Positions 26,756-37,045 of a DNA stretch of 44,842 nucleotides are shown piece after piece. The position numbers and the translations under genes are program-made. Source of the stretch: an uncultured Elusimicrobia bacterium (GTDB taxonomy: Bacteria; Elusimicrobiota; Elusimicrobia; F11); NCBI GenBank assembly GCA_964463805.1, contig CAYXDS010000002.1, positions 1-44,842 on the forward strand, given 5' to 3'. The notes below the pieces were generated by a model that was given only the letters and a program-made list of their open reading frames with translations, was not told the origin of the DNA and ran no database searches. Numbering within the stretch: the first letter of the stretch is position 1; every line of letters begins with the position of its first letter.

Positions 26756-27214
26756 TTAAACTCTGCGAGGTTTCGGCGGCCGGCAACCGTTGTGCGGAAT
26801 CGGCGTGACATCGCGGATAAGTGTGATGGTAAAACCGGCGGCTTGAAGCGCGCGGATCGCGGTCTCGCGGCCGGAACCCGGGCCTTTCACGAAAACCATG
26901 ACTTGGCGAACGCCCATTTCCTTCGCTTTAGAGGCCGCTTTATCGGCGGTCACTTGCGCGGCGAACGGCGTGCCTTTCTTCGTGCCTTTAAATCCCGAGC
27001 TTCCGGACGACGCCCATGAAATCACGCCTCCGTGGTCATCGGTGATCGAAACGATCGTGTTATTGAACGTGCACTGCACGTACGCGCGAGCGAAGCTCAC
27101 ATCGCGCTGGACTTTCTTTTTCTTGACGGGTTTATCCGCCGGCTTTTTCGCCGCCGCTTCTGCACCGTCCGCTTTCGCGGCCGCTTTTTTAACTTCAGGT
27201 TTCTTTTCGTCCAT
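26756..27214 (-). CDS. rpsK: 30S ribosomal protein S11 (with ~20-aa Lys/Ala-rich N-terminal extension)
   Basis: ...[46 protein letters not shown]... Confidence 0.95.
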   Translation of the reverse strand: MDEKKPEVKKAAAKADGAEAAAKKPADKPVKKKKVQRDVSFARAYVQCTFNNTIVSITDDHGGVISWASSGSSGFKGTKKGTPFAAQVTADKAASKAKEMGVRQVMVFVKGPGSGRETAIRALQAAGFTITLIRDVTPIPHNGCRPPKPRRV

Positions 27215-27232
27215 ACTAAATTCCCATTCTCC

Positions 27233-27610
27233 TTAGGCTTCGGCCGCTTTCTGCGAACCGACTGTGCGACGACGACCGCGACGCGTACGCGCGTTCGATT
27301 TCGTGCGTTGACCGTGCACCGGCAAGTTGCGGCGATGGCGGAATCCACGGTACGAATTGATTTCAATCAAGCGACGGATGTTGCCTTGAACTTCGCGGCG
27401 AAGATCGCCTTCGACGCGAAACGATTTCGTGATTTCCGTGTTGATTTTCGAAACGTCTCCCTCAGTCAAATCTTTGACGCGGGTGGCCGGATTGATGCCG
27501 GTCGCTTCGAGCAAAAGGTTCGCGCGGTGCGGACCGACGCCGTAGATGTAACGCAACGCGATGTCGACGCGTTTCGCTTTCGGTAAATCAATGCCTGCAA
27601 CTCGAGCCAT
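27233..27610 (-). CDS. rpsM: 30S ribosomal protein S13
   Basis: [26 protein letters not shown]... Confidence 0.97.
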   Translation of the reverse strand: MARVAGIDLPKAKRVDIALRYIYGVGPHRANLLLEATGINPATRVKDLTEGDVSKINTEITKSFRVEGDLRREVQGNIRRLIEINSYRGFRHRRNLPVHGQRTKSNARTRRGRRRTVGSQKAAEA

Positions 27611-27622
27611 ATTATTCCTCTC

Positions 27623-27736
27623 CTATCCTTGTCGCTGCTTGTGACGCGCGTTCGCGCACACAATGTAAACTTTTCCGTGCCGTTTGATCACTTTGCACTT
27701 GTCGCACATTTTCTTCACTGACGCCCTGACTCTCAA
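27623..27736 (-). CDS. rpmJ: 50S ribosomal protein L36 (zinc-ribbon form)
   Basis: Absent from the ORF track because it is too short. Hand translation gives (M)[36 protein letters not shown]. The TTG at 27736 sits 5 nt after GGAGG. An in-frame ATG at 27748 would add MEDT. Confidence 0.9.
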   Translation of the reverse strand: MRVRASVKKMCDKCKVIKRHGKVYIVCANARHKQRQG

Positions 27737-27750
27737 AGTATCCTCCATTC

Positions 27751-27854
27751 GTCTCCCCCGCGTAGGCGGGGGTCCAGTCACTTAAAGTACTTACCGCCTC
27801 CAGAACTGTCTTGGCCCTACAACCTGATTAATGAATGAGGATGTAGGGTGACGG
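27751..27854. repeat. REP/MITE-like element, copy 4 (variant: left hairpin conserved, right half replaced)
   Basis: GTCTCCCCCGCGTAGGCGGGGGTCCAGTCACTTAAAGTAC... has a left arm like copy 1, with the GTAG loop seen in copy 3. The second hairpin is instead CCCTACA-(19 nt)-TGTAGGG, and the element ends in GTGACGG like copy 3. Confidence 0.6.
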
Positions 27855-27856
27855 CT

Positions 27857-28075
27857 TTATTTCGCGCGATACGTGATGCGGCCGCGCGTCAAATCATAGG
27901 GAGACAATTCCACTTTCACTTTATCTCCCGGCAAAATCTTAATGTAATGCATGCGCATCTTTCCCGAAATGTGCGCGAGTATCTTGTGGCCGCCTTCCAT
28001 CTCGACGCGAAACATCGCGTTCGGCAGCGCTTCTAAAATCGTTCCTTCGACTTCAATCTTTTCTTCTTTCGCCAT
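27857..28075 (-). CDS. infA: Translation initiation factor IF-1
   Basis: [70 protein letters not shown]. Confidence 0.97.
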   Translation of the reverse strand: MAKEEKIEVEGTILEALPNAMFRVEMEGGHKILAHISGKMRMHYIKILPGDKVKVELSPYDLTRGRITYRAK

Positions 28076-28082
28076 TCTGTCC

Positions 28083-28856
28083 TTATTTAACCTGTGTCAA
28101 AATTTCCGGCCCGTTCGCCGTGATCGCGATCGTATGTTCGAAATGAGCAGCCAACGACCCGTCTTCGGTCACCACGGTCCAACCGTCTTCCAGCATCCGC
28201 ACGTTCCAATCTCCGAACGTGACCATCGGTTCCACCGCGAGAACGAGTCCCTCTTCCAGTCTCAACCCCGTGCCCTTGGTTCCGTAATTCGGAACCGCCG
28301 GTTCTTCATGCATCTTGCGACCGATGCCGTGTCCAACAAAATCTCTTACGACGCCGAAGCCGTTTGATTCGGCGACTTGCTGTACCGCCGCGCCCACATC
28401 TCCGAGCCGGTTGCCCGGTTTCATCGCGTCGATGCCCGCGTACAGCGACTGTTCGGTTACGCGAACCAACTTCTCAGCTTCCGCCGTCACCGGCGGTACG
28501 ATCACCGTGGTTGCCGTGTCCCCGACGAATCCGTCGATCGTTGCGGCCACATCGATGCTTACTACGTCGCCCGCTTTCAACTTGCGGCTTCCCGGAATCC
28601 CGTGAACCACTTCGTCGTTGATCGACACACACAACGACGCCGGATACCCTCGGTAACCAATGAACGTCGGCGTCGCGCCGTTCTTACGAATAAAATTTTC
28701 AGCGACCCGGTCCAACTCTTTCGTCGTTACGCCGGGCGCGATCGCTTTTGCCACTTCTTGCAACGTGCGGCCCGCGATCTGTCCGGCCGTCCGCATCAAC
28801 GCGATCTCTGCTTTGGTTTTAAGCTCGACCGTCCGTCTTGCCGCTGAATGTGCCAA
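28083..28856 (-). CDS. map: Type I methionine aminopeptidase
   Basis: ...[22 protein letters not shown]...GDVVSIDV...GFVGDTA...GHGIG...HE.P.V....LEEG.VLA.EP... Confidence 0.93.
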   Translation of the reverse strand: MAHSAARRTVELKTKAEIALMRTAGQIAGRTLQEVAKAIAPGVTTKELDRVAENFIRKNGATPTFIGYRGYPASLCVSINDEVVHGIPGSRKLKAGDVVSIDVAATIDGFVGDTATTVIVPPVTAEAEKLVRVTEQSLYAGIDAMKPGNRLGDVGAAVQQVAESNGFGVVRDFVGHGIGRKMHEEPAVPNYGTKGTGLRLEEGLVLAVEPMVTFGDWNVRMLEDGWTVVTEDGSLAAHFEHTIAITANGPEILTQVK

Positions 28857-28869
28857 CGGCGTTCACCGC

Positions 28870-29511
28870 TTAATTCGCGGCGGCGACGATGTCGGCCGCC
28901 ACGTTCGCGATCGGTTGCGCCGCATTGATCTTACGGAACCCCGCGTGCGACTTATAAAAATCCAAAACCGGCTCGGTCAGCTTCGAGTAAATGCGAAGAC
29001 GCTCTTCGACGATGTTTGGCTGATCGTCGGCCCGGTGAATCAACGCGGAACCGCACTTGTCGCACGTGTCCGCTTTTTTCGGCGGCTTCATGGCCAAGTT
29101 ATAAACCTCTTTGCATTTTCCGCATTGACGGCGCGCCGACAATCGCTTCACGAGTTCGTCAAACGCCACATCAAAAAAGATCACCAAGTCGAGCGTCAAA
29201 CCTTTCGACTTCGCGAACGCCTCGAGCGCTTTCGCTTGCTCGACCGTGCGCGGATAACCGTCCAATAAAAATCCTTGTGTCTTCGACAACGACGAGACTT
29301 TATCGAAAACCAATTTCGACACGAGTTCGTCGGGCACCAACTTGCCGCCGGTCACGTACGCCTTAATTTCTTGACCGAGTTCCGTTTCACCATTGATTGC
29401 ATCGCGAAACATATCGCCGGTCGACAAATGCAAAAGCTTCTTCGCATCGGCCAAACCTTTCGCCTGCGTTCCCTTGCCGGAGCCCGGGGGTCCTAAAAAA
29501 ATTACGTTCAA
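28870..29511 (-). CDS. adk: Adenylate kinase (Cys4 zinc-lid type)
   Basis: (M)NVIFLGPPGSGKGTQA..., with lid CGKCKEVYNL....CDKCG. The TTG start overlaps the secY stop as TTGA. Confidence 0.93.
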   Translation of the reverse strand: MNVIFLGPPGSGKGTQAKGLADAKKLLHLSTGDMFRDAINGETELGQEIKAYVTGGKLVPDELVSKLVFDKVSSLSKTQGFLLDGYPRTVEQAKALEAFAKSKGLTLDLVIFFDVAFDELVKRLSARRQCGKCKEVYNLAMKPPKKADTCDKCGSALIHRADDQPNIVEERLRIYSKLTEPVLDFYKSHAGFRKINAAQPIANVAADIVAAAN

Positions 29512-30842
29512 CTTGCGTACCAGCGGCCGCGCCCCGCGACCTTTCCGGCTTTGCTGAAGCCTTCGTAGTGACGCATGATCAAATGCGACTCGAGCTGACT
29601 CACCGTATCGAGCGCGACGCCTACCACGATCAAAATAGATGTTCCACCGAAGAAGAACGGCACATTAAACTTACGCTGCAAAATCGTCGGCAACACCGCG
29701 AGCAACGCCACGGCCAACGAACCGCCGAGCGTGATGCGCTCCATCACTTTTTCCAAATAAGCGGCGGTCTGTTCACCGGGCCGAATACCCAGCACGAATC
29801 CGCCCCACTTCTTCAAATTCTCTGCAATATCTTTCGGATTGAACGACACCGAATTGTAAAAATAACAAAAGAAAATAATCAGCGTCGCGTACGAGATGTC
29901 ATACCACCACGCACCGTGGTTAAACACATCGTTGATTTTGTGCGCCCAAGACGATTGCGGCGAGAATGACGCGATCGTCACCGGGAACGACAACAACGAC
30001 ACCGCGAAGATCACCGCGATTACGCCCGACTGATCCACTTTCAACGGCAAAAATGTGCTCTGGCCGCCCATCATTTTGCGACCCACCACGCGCTTCGCGT
30101 ATTGCACCGGAATTTTCCGTTGACCCGTTTCGAGCCATACAACCAAGCCCGTGACAACCAACACCACGGCCAACACCAACGCCGCGCCGAACAAACTGCG
30201 CTGTTGCAACTCGAATACTTCGCGAAACACATTCGACACCGCCGGCCACAAACGGTCGACGATACCGGTAAAAATAATTAATGAAATTCCATTACCGATG
30301 CCGAACTCGGTGATTTGTTCGCCGAGCCACATCACGAACACGGTGCCGGTCACCAAGGTCACCATCGTGGTCAGCGTGAAGCCGAGACCCGGATCGGTGA
30401 CGATCGGAACGTTGCCGGCGATCGGCATGCGCGAAATCAATTGGGTCAATCCGAACGATTGGATGAAACCGAGGACCACCGTCGCGTAACGCGTTATTTG
30501 ATTCAAACGCTTGCGGCCCGCTTCGCCTTCTTTGGCCAAATGATCGAGGTACGGAATCACATGCGCGCCTTGCAACAAGCTCATGATGATCGACGCGTTG
30601 ATGTAGGGCATGATGCCCATCGAGAAGATCGACATGCGCGAAAGCGCGCCGCCTGAAAATACGTCGAGGAATCCCAACAACGAATTCGACTGCTGCTTGA
30701 ACAAATACGTAAGCGCATCGGCGTTCACACCCGGAATCGGCACGGTCACACCGAGACGGTACAACGCGATCACGCCGAGCGTGATCAAAATGCGCTTGCG
30801 CAGCTCCTGAATTTTGAAAAGATCGAAAACCGACTGAATCAT
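29508..30842 (-). CDS. secY: Preprotein translocase subunit SecY
   Basis: 444-aa polytopic protein with ...LRKRILITLGVIALYRLGVTVPIPGV...GALSRMSIFSMGIMPYINASIIM.... Its ATG overlaps the rplO stop. Confidence 0.96.
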   Translation of the reverse strand: MIQSVFDLFKIQELRKRILITLGVIALYRLGVTVPIPGVNADALTYLFKQQSNSLLGFLDVFSGGALSRMSIFSMGIMPYINASIIMSLLQGAHVIPYLDHLAKEGEAGRKRLNQITRYATVVLGFIQSFGLTQLISRMPIAGNVPIVTDPGLGFTLTTMVTLVTGTVFVMWLGEQITEFGIGNGISLIIFTGIVDRLWPAVSNVFREVFELQQRSLFGAALVLAVVLVVTGLVVWLETGQRKIPVQYAKRVVGRKMMGGQSTFLPLKVDQSGVIAVIFAVSLLSFPVTIASFSPQSSWAHKINDVFNHGAWWYDISYATLIIFFCYFYNSVSFNPKDIAENLKKWGGFVLGIRPGEQTAAYLEKVMERITLGGSLAVALLAVLPTILQRKFNVPFFFGGTSILIVVGVALDTVSQLESHLIMRHYEGFSKAGKVAGRGRWYAS

Positions 30843-31288
30843 GCTTTGATCGCCGTCGATGTCCCGCCGGCGTCTTTGATGGCCTTCTCGGCCGACTTCG
30901 AAAACTTATTCGCGGTCACTTTCAGCGCCTTCGTCAATTTGCCGAGGCCCAGAACCTTGAACGGCGTGTCCGCTTTTTTGATCAAACCTTTTTTGAACAA
31001 CGCTTCGCCGGTCACTTGCTCGCCGGCTTTAAATTTTTCCTCGAGAACGATCACGTTGATCGCTTCATAAGTGATTTTTGATCCGCTCACGAAACCGCGT
31101 TTCGGAATGCGGCGCCACAACGGCGTCTGTCCGCCTTCGAAGCCCATCATCACGGTGTCACCGGTACGGCTCGATTGACCTTTCTGGCCTTTGCCGGCCG
31201 TTTGACCGAGGCCGGAACCCTCACCGCGTCCGACGATATGTTTCGCCGGGCGAGATCCCGGCGCTGGTTTCAATTCATGCAACCGCAT
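30839..31288 (-). CDS. rplO: 50S ribosomal protein L15
   Basis: [38 protein letters not shown].... Its start overlaps the 3' end of rpsE by 14 nt. Confidence 0.96.
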   Translation of the reverse strand: MRLHELKPAPGSRPAKHIVGRGEGSGLGQTAGKGQKGQSSRTGDTVMMGFEGGQTPLWRRIPKRGFVSGSKITYEAINVIVLEEKFKAGEQVTGEALFKKGLIKKADTPFKVLGLGKLTKALKVTANKFSKSAEKAIKDAGGTSTAIKA

Positions 31289-31805
31289 TGACTTGTTCTC
31301 CTGTAAATTTTCTGTCGGCTTCGACGGTCTTGCCGCGGAGACGCGAGATTTCTTCGGGCAACTTCAATCCTTGAAGACCGCGAAGCGTCGCATACACCAC
31401 ATTGAAATGATTGCGGCTGCCGAGGGATTTCGTCAGCACGTCTTTTACGCCGGCCGCTTCGAGCACCGCGCGCGCCGAACCGCCGGCGATAACGCCGGTT
31501 CCGGGGGCCGCCGGGCGAAGAAGAATCGCGCCGGCGCCGAATTTTCCGATCGTGTCATGCGGAATCGTGGTGCCGCTCAATGAAATTTTGCAGATGTCTT
31601 TCGCCGCTTGCGTGTTGCCTTTCTTAATCGCGGATTGAACTTCTTTCGCTTTGCCGAGGCCCACGCCGACATGGCCTGCGCCGTCGCCGACGACGACCAA
31701 CGCGTTGAAGGAAAAGCGCTTACCGCCTTTCACCACTTTCGCGACGCGACCGATTTTGATCACGGTCTCCGTCAGAGTCAAATTGCTTGGATCAATTTTG
31801 TTCAT
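31275..31805 (-). CDS. rpsE: 30S ribosomal protein S5
   Basis: ...[42 protein letters not shown]... Confidence 0.96.
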   Translation of the reverse strand: MNKIDPSNLTLTETVIKIGRVAKVVKGGKRFSFNALVVVGDGAGHVGVGLGKAKEVQSAIKKGNTQAAKDICKISLSGTTIPHDTIGKFGAGAILLRPAAPGTGVIAGGSARAVLEAAGVKDVLTKSLGSRNHFNVVYATLRGLQGLKLPEEISRLRGKTVEADRKFTGEQVNAVA

Positions 31806-31815
31806 ATATCTTCCT

Positions 31816-32160
31816 TTAAAACTTGAGGCCGGCTTGACGCGCGCCGTCGGCCAACGCTTTCACGCGACCATGATAGGGACGTGCGCCACGGTCGAATACA
31901 ACCGCGCTAATGCCTTTCTCGACCGCTTTTTTACCGATCGCTTCGCCGACTTTCGTCGCCGCTTTAATACCCGAACCGGCCAAACCTTTATCTTTCGACG
32001 AAGCCGCAGCCAACGTCTTGCCTTGCGCGTCGTCGATGATCTGTGCATAAATGTGCTTCAAGCTCCGGTACACGGATAAGCGCGGATTCGCGCTCACGTT
32101 ACGGATCTTGCTGCGAACACGCAGCTTACGAAATGTATATCGCTCTGAACGAGGCTTCAT
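31816..32160 (-). CDS. rplR: 50S ribosomal protein L18
   Basis: ...[33 protein letters not shown]...[19 protein letters not shown]. Confidence 0.96.
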   Translation of the reverse strand: MKPRSERYTFRKLRVRSKIRNVSANPRLSVYRSLKHIYAQIIDDAQGKTLAAASSKDKGLAGSGIKAATKVGEAIGKKAVEKGISAVVFDRGARPYHGRVKALADGARQAGLKF

Positions 32161-32765
32161 TATTTCTTCCCTCCGCCGGCTCCGGCTCCCGCCGCGCCCG
32201 CCGCCGCTTTACCGGCTTTGCGTTTGATCACTTCGTTTTCGTAACGAATACCGGTCCCTTTATACGGTTCCGGTTTTTTGATCGCGCGAATCTGAGCGGC
32301 GATTTGACCGACGCGTTGTTTATCGTTTCCTTCGATCGCCAAGATGTTCGGCGCTTTCGGATCAATCGTAATTTTGATGTCTTTCGGAATTTCAAAAACG
32401 GCCGGATGCGAAAAACCGAGCGTCATCGTGAGTTTCGGGCCGGCGATCGCCGCGCGAAAACCGACGCCTTCGATCACAAGTTTCTTTTGGAACCCTTTCG
32501 TGACACCTTCGATCATATTCAAAACGAGTTTGCGCGAGAGCCCGTGCAACGCTTTCGATTCACCGCTGTTGATGGTCGGAGACAATTTCACCTGGTTGCC
32601 TTCGACTTTCGCCGTGATCAAATTCGGCAACGTCCAAGCGAGTTTTCCGCGTGAACCTTCGGCTTGCACCGTGTTTGCGTTTACGTTGACTTTCACACCC
32701 GACGGGATTTCGACGGGTTTACGTCCCAAACGGGACAATGGAGCTTCTTTTTTCTCACCAGACAT
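32160..32765 (-). CDS. rplF: 50S ribosomal protein L6
   Basis: ...[19 protein letters not shown].... I prefer ATG 32765 (MSGEKKE), which overlaps the rpsH 3' end by 11 nt. The track ORF uses an upstream GTG at 32783. Confidence 0.9.
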   Translation of the reverse strand: MSGEKKEAPLSRLGRKPVEIPSGVKVNVNANTVQAEGSRGKLAWTLPNLITAKVEGNQVKLSPTINSGESKALHGLSRKLVLNMIEGVTKGFQKKLVIEGVGFRAAIAGPKLTMTLGFSHPAVFEIPKDIKITIDPKAPNILAIEGNDKQRVGQIAAQIRAIKKPEPYKGTGIRYENEVIKRKAGKAAAGAAGAGAGGGKK

Positions 32766-33144
32766 AACAGAGTACTTCCCCACCTAATTTTTTTTCTTTC
32801 GCTTTCTGACCCGAAAGAACGCCTTTCGACGTTGAAATGATCGCGGTGCCGAGACCGTTTTGTACCGACGGGATCTCGTCCCATTTGCGATAAACGCGCA
32901 AGCCCGGTTTCGAAACGCGCTTCACGCCTTGCAGCACGCGCTCTTTCTGCGCCGAATATTTCATCGTCACGCGGATCGTGTTCGCGCGTTTCTCTTGGGC
33001 CACGCGGAAATTGCTGATGTAACCTTCTTCTTTCAGCACACGCGCGATTTCGGCTTTCACTTTCGAAGCCGGCACGTCGACGGTTTCTTTAAATTTGTGG
33101 TTCGCGTTGAACAACTGCGCCAACATGTTTGCAATCGGGTCCAT
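32755..33144 (-). CDS. rpsH: 30S ribosomal protein S8
   Basis: MDPIANMLAQLFNANHKFKETVDVPASKVKAEIARVLKEEGYI... Confidence 0.96.
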   Translation of the reverse strand: MDPIANMLAQLFNANHKFKETVDVPASKVKAEIARVLKEEGYISNFRVAQEKRANTIRVTMKYSAQKERVLQGVKRVSKPGLRVYRKWDEIPSVQNGLGTAIISTSKGVLSGQKAKEKKLGGEVLCYVW

Positions 33145-33153
33145 TCGTCTCTC

Positions 33154-33339
33154 CTACCAGCTTGACTTCAAAACGCCTGGGATCTGGGCGCGATGAGCTA
33201 AATTTCTAAAACATATTCTGCAAAGACCGAAGTCGCGGTAAAAGCTGCGGGAACGGCCGCAGAGGCGGCAGCGGTTGCGGAATCGCGTGGCGAATTTCTG
33301 CGGTTTGCGCATCTTCGCCATCCAAGCGTATGTGGCCAT
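33154..33339 (-). CDS. rpsN: 30S ribosomal protein S14, type Z (zinc-binding, 61 aa)
   Basis: ...[23 protein letters not shown]... has a CxxC...CxxC pattern. It is 61 aa and sits between rplE and rpsH. Confidence 0.95.
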   Translation of the reverse strand: MATYAWMAKMRKPQKFATRFRNRCRLCGRSRSFYRDFGLCRICFRNLAHRAQIPGVLKSSW

Positions 33340-33349
33340 CTATAATCTC

Positions 33350-33934
33350 CTAATTCTTTTTGTCCTTGGCGAACGGCAAGCCAAGAACGTTCAATAATTC
33401 AAAAGCGTCTTTGTCGGACTGAGCCGACGTCACGAACGTAATGTTCATTCCGCGCGGCGCGTCGGACTTTTCAACGTTTACTTCCGGGAAAATGTATTGC
33501 TCGCGGATGCCGAGGTTGTAATTTCCTCCGCCGTCGAAACCCTTCGGGTTCAGCCCACGAAAGTCCCGGATACGCGGCGAAGCGATCGAGATGAAACGGT
33601 CGAGAAATTCGTACATGCGCGCGCCGCGCAACGTGACGGCCACGCCGATCGGCATGCCTTCACGCAATTTGAACGCGGAAATGGATTTCTTCGAACGGCG
33701 AACCGTCGGCTTCTGGCCCGTGATCTGCGCCAATTCTTCGGTCGCGATGTCGAGCGCTTTGATGTTTTCGCGCGCGGCGGACACGCCGATGTTCACGACG
33801 ATTTTTTGAAGTCTCGGCACGGCCATCACGTTCGGTTTAGCGAGACGTTCTTGCAGCATCTTAATGCCGGCCGTACGAAACGCTTCTTTTAAGCGCGGTG
33901 TGTGCGATGTGTGTGTTTTCTCTGCGGAACTCAC
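33350..33934 (-). CDS. rplE: 50S ribosomal protein L5
   Basis: ...PRLKEAFRTAGIKMLQERLAKPNVMAVPRLQKIVVNIGV... Confidence 0.96.
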   Translation of the reverse strand: MSSAEKTHTSHTPRLKEAFRTAGIKMLQERLAKPNVMAVPRLQKIVVNIGVSAARENIKALDIATEELAQITGQKPTVRRSKKSISAFKLREGMPIGVAVTLRGARMYEFLDRFISIASPRIRDFRGLNPKGFDGGGNYNLGIREQYIFPEVNVEKSDAPRGMNITFVTSAQSDKDAFELLNVLGLPFAKDKKN

Positions 33935-33949
33935 TTCGGTTCTCCTAAA

Positions 33950-34279
33950 TTATCGTTTCTTCGGTTCGGCGATTACGGCACCCGTCGAGCGGTTCAGCCG
34001 GATCTTCGTTCCGTCGGACAAGCGGTCAAACTTCGGACGCGTTGCTTTCTTCGTCTCGGGATCGATCAACATGACTTTCGCTAGCGGCAAGTACAATTCC
34101 TTGTCCTTGATGCCTCCCGCTTCCACCTGTCCTTGCGGACGCGTGTGGCGTTTCGCCAAATTCATTTTGGCCACCAAAACTTTGCCTTTGCGCGGATTCA
34201 CTTCGATCACTTCGCCTTCTTTTCCGCGATCTTTGCCCCAAAGGATTTTCACTTTATCGTGTTTGCGAATCGACATCAT
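33950..34279 (-). CDS. rplX: 50S ribosomal protein L24
   Basis: [27 protein letters not shown]... Confidence 0.95.
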   Translation of the reverse strand: MMSIRKHDKVKILWGKDRGKEGEVIEVNPRKGKVLVAKMNLAKRHTRPQGQVEAGGIKDKELYLPLAKVMLIDPETKKATRPKFDRLSDGTKIRLNRSTGAVIAEPKKR

Positions 34280-34281
34280 GG

Positions 34282-34650
34282 TTACAGCACCTCAGGAGCG
34301 AGCGAAATGATCTTCAAGAAATTGCGTTCGCGAAGTTCGCGCGCGATCGGCCCGAAAATACGCGTACCGCGCGGCTCGTTTTCGTCGTTGATCACGACGC
34401 CCGCGTTGTCGTCGAAACGAATGTAGCTGCCGTCGGTGCGGCGCGACTCTTTGCGTTGACGAACGATCACCGCTTTCACCACGTCGCCTTTTTTAATCGT
34501 GGCGCCCGGCAAAGCGTCTTTCACCGCGCACACCACTTTATCGCCGATCGCCGCATAGCGACGGCCGGACGAACCTGACACGTGGATCACCATCAATTCA
34601 CGGGCGCCGGAATTATCGGCCACCGTCAAATACGTTTGCTGTTGAATCAT
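34282..34650 (-). CDS. rplN: 50S ribosomal protein L14
   Basis: [24 protein letters not shown]... Confidence 0.97.
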   Translation of the reverse strand: MIQQQTYLTVADNSGARELMVIHVSGSSGRRYAAIGDKVVCAVKDALPGATIKKGDVVKAVIVRQRKESRRTDGSYIRFDDNAGVVINDENEPRGTRIFGPIARELRERNFLKIISLAPEVL

Positions 34651-34651
34651 G

Positions 34652-34930
34652 TTATTTCACCGCACCCTTGCTAAGGATTTCGGTCACGCGCCAACGCTTC
34701 TTCGCCGACATCGGACGAGTTTCCATCACCCGAACACGGTCACCTGAATGTGACTCATTTTTTTCATCGTGCGCGTAAACTTTCGTGGTTCTGTTGAGAA
34801 CTTTTTCGTAATTCGGATCGCGTTTGGACCAACGGATCTCGATCACGCGCGTCTTGTCCATCTTGTCGGACACGACCCACCCCTCAAGGACCTTGCGCGC
34901 CGAGCGATCTTCTTGAACTTGCTCGGTCAT
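34652..34930 (-). CDS. rpsQ: 30S ribosomal protein S17
   Basis: ...[44 protein letters not shown]... Confidence 0.95.
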   Translation of the reverse strand: MTEQVQEDRSARKVLEGWVVSDKMDKTRVIEIRWSKRDPNYEKVLNRTTKVYAHDEKNESHSGDRVRVMETRPMSAKKRWRVTEILSKGAVK

Positions 34931-35193
34931 GATTTCTTTCTCCCGGTTTTAGATTTCGAAGCGGTCGCGACGGCCACCGGCGCCGATTTCGGCTCCGCTG
35001 TGCGTTGCTTCATGAATGTGTAGATGCGCGCGATGTCGCGACGCAGAGTGCGAATCTGCATCACATTTTTCACGGGCGCGGACGAAGCGCGGAAACGAAG
35101 CTTGAACAATTCCTGCTGGTTCTTCTGCAGGCGCGCGTTCAAATCTCCCTCGCTCGCTTGTTTGTAATCAAATTCTTTTTCTTTCTTAGCCAT
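34927..35193 (-). CDS. rpmC: 50S ribosomal protein L29 (with C-terminal basic extension)
   Basis: ...DLNARLQKNQQELFKLRFRASSAPVKNVMQIRTLRRDIARIYT...; positioned between rplP and rpsQ. Confidence 0.92.
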   Translation of the reverse strand: MAKKEKEFDYKQASEGDLNARLQKNQQELFKLRFRASSAPVKNVMQIRTLRRDIARIYTFMKQRTAEPKSAPVAVATASKSKTGRKKS

Positions 35194-35214
35194 AGGTAAT
35201 CCGTTTCTCCGAAA

Positions 35215-35628
35215 TTAATGTGCGATGCGTTCGATGTATTGGCAGTGAATCGGCAATTTATCCGACGCGACTTTCATCGCCGCTTTCGCATCCGCCGGCG
35301 TCACGCCTTCCATTTCGAATAAAATGCGTCCGCGCTTCACCACGGCCACCCAAAACGCCGGATCGCCTTTACCTTTACCCATGCGGGTTTCCGCTGGTTT
35401 TTGCGAGATTGGTTTGTCCGGGAAAATTCGAACCCAAACTTTTCCGCCTTTCTTCGTGTAACGAGCGAGCGCCACGCGCGCCGCTTCGATCTGACGGGCG
35501 GTCACCCATTTGTTGCCGAGCGCTTGCAATCCGTATTCTCCGAATGCGAGTGTGCAGCCTTTATGCGCAGAACCTTTCATGCGTCCACGATGCTGTTTTC
35601 TAAATTTTACGCGAGCCGGCATCAACAT
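35215..35628 (-). CDS. rplP: 50S ribosomal protein L16
   Basis: [37 protein letters not shown]... Confidence 0.97.
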   Translation of the reverse strand: MLMPARVKFRKQHRGRMKGSAHKGCTLAFGEYGLQALGNKWVTARQIEAARVALARYTKKGGKVWVRIFPDKPISQKPAETRMGKGKGDPAFWVAVVKRGRILFEMEGVTPADAKAAMKVASDKLPIHCQYIERIAH

Positions 35629-35631
35629 GAC

Positions 35632-36378
35632 TTATTTCTCCCCATCCGCCGGAGTTGCCGCCGGCGCTTGCGCGACTTCGCCGCCCACTTCAACAGGGGT
35701 CGGCGCCGTGAGCGGCGTCACTTCCGCTTCTTTCATCAAGTCTTTTTCGGACTTCAGGAAGAATTCTTTTTTGAAAATCCAGCATTTGATTCCGATGCGG
35801 CCCATCGTGATGTGCGCTTCGGTGAATCCGTAATCGATGTCGGCGCGGAACGTGTGCAACGGCACGCGACCTTCCATCGTCCATTCGGTGCGCGCGATTT
35901 CGGCGCCGCCGAGACGGCCGGCCACCATGATCTTCACGCCGCCGGCGCCCGCTTGCATCGTGCGTTCAACGGCGCGTTTCATCGCACGGCGGAAAGCGAT
36001 CTGCTTCTCAAGCTGGAATGCCACGCTCTCGGCAACCAATTGCGCATCGAGCTCGGGACGTTTGATTTCAACGACGTTGATCGTCGCTTCCGACGAGGTC
36101 ATGTCTTGCACTTGTTTCTTCAATTCTTCGATGTCCGCGCCTTTCTTACCGATGATCACGCCGGGACGGGCCGTGTGCAGATTTACGCGAATATATTTTC
36201 CGGTGCGCTCGATCGTCACTTTCGAGAGCGCAGCCATACGGAAACGTTCTTTCAAAAATTGGCGAATTCGAAAATCTTCTTCGATGAGATCCGGCATGTC
36301 TTTCGGAGCATACCAGCGGGACTCCCAATCCTGGATGTAACCAACGCGAAGCGCTTTAGGCGAAATCTTATGACCCAC
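35632..36378 (-). CDS. rpsC: 30S ribosomal protein S3 (with Ala/Pro-rich C-terminal tail)
   Basis: MGHKISPKALRVGYIQDWESRWYA... Confidence 0.97.
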   Translation of the reverse strand: MGHKISPKALRVGYIQDWESRWYAPKDMPDLIEEDFRIRQFLKERFRMAALSKVTIERTGKYIRVNLHTARPGVIIGKKGADIEELKKQVQDMTSSEATINVVEIKRPELDAQLVAESVAFQLEKQIAFRRAMKRAVERTMQAGAGGVKIMVAGRLGGAEIARTEWTMEGRVPLHTFRADIDYGFTEAHITMGRIGIKCWIFKKEFFLKSEKDLMKEAEVTPLTAPTPVEVGGEVAQAPAATPADGEK

Positions 36379-36390
36379 TGAAAATACCCC

Positions 36391-36729
36391 TTATTTCTCA
36401 ACCGGCTTCTGATCCGTCACTTTGATCGTGACGTGGCAGGTTTTACGTTTATAAATGCCGCGAGCGCCCATGGCCATTGGACGGATGCGTTTGAGCACCG
36501 GCCCGTTGTCCACCCAAGCTTCTTTTACATACATCGTATTCGCATCCGCCGCGCCCGAGTTCGCAAACGCGCTCTTCAGCGTTTTGAAAACCATGATACC
36601 GGCCGCGCGCGGCACGGTCGGCAAGATGTTGTACGCTTTCGCGACGGATTTTCCACGGATCAAACCGAGAACTTGTCCCACTTTGCGCGGTGAAAAACGT
36701 TGATGTTTGGCTTTGGCAATCGCTTCCAT
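36391..36729 (-). CDS. rplV: 50S ribosomal protein L22
   Basis: MEAIAKAKHQRFSPRKVGQVLGLIRGKSVAKAYNIL... Confidence 0.96.
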   Translation of the reverse strand: MEAIAKAKHQRFSPRKVGQVLGLIRGKSVAKAYNILPTVPRAAGIMVFKTLKSAFANSGAADANTMYVKEAWVDNGPVLKRIRPMAMGARGIYKRKTCHVTIKVTDQKPVEK

Positions 36730-36741
36730 AAAAATCCTTAA

Positions 36742-37029
36742 TTACGTCAGAGAGCTGGCTTCTTTCGTGTGAGCGGCGCCGTGACCTTTGAAGAAGCGGG
36801 TCGGGGCGAACTCACCGAGCTTGTGGCCAACCATCTGTTCGGTGATATAAATCGGCAAAAACTTCCGGCCGTTGTGAATGCCGATCGTAAAGCCGACGAA
36901 GTCCGGAGAAATGTCCGAGTTGCGCGCCCAGGTATTGATGACCTTTTTCTCGCCTTTCGCTTTCATCTTCTCGATCTTCTCGATCAAGTTCGCGTCGACG
37001 TAGGGGCCTTTTTTTGTTGAACGACTCAT
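36742..37029 (-). CDS. rpsS: 30S ribosomal protein S19
   Basis: [22 protein letters not shown]...[16 protein letters not shown]. The start is ATG 37029, preceded by AGGAGA. The track ORF (to 37092) adds 21 spurious residues that overlap rplB. Confidence 0.95.
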   Translation of the reverse strand: MSRSTKKGPYVDANLIEKIEKMKAKGEKKVINTWARNSDISPDFVGFTIGIHNGRKFLPIYITEQMVGHKLGEFAPTRFFKGHGAAHTKEASSLT

Positions 37030-37045
37030 TTCATTCTCCTCGAAA

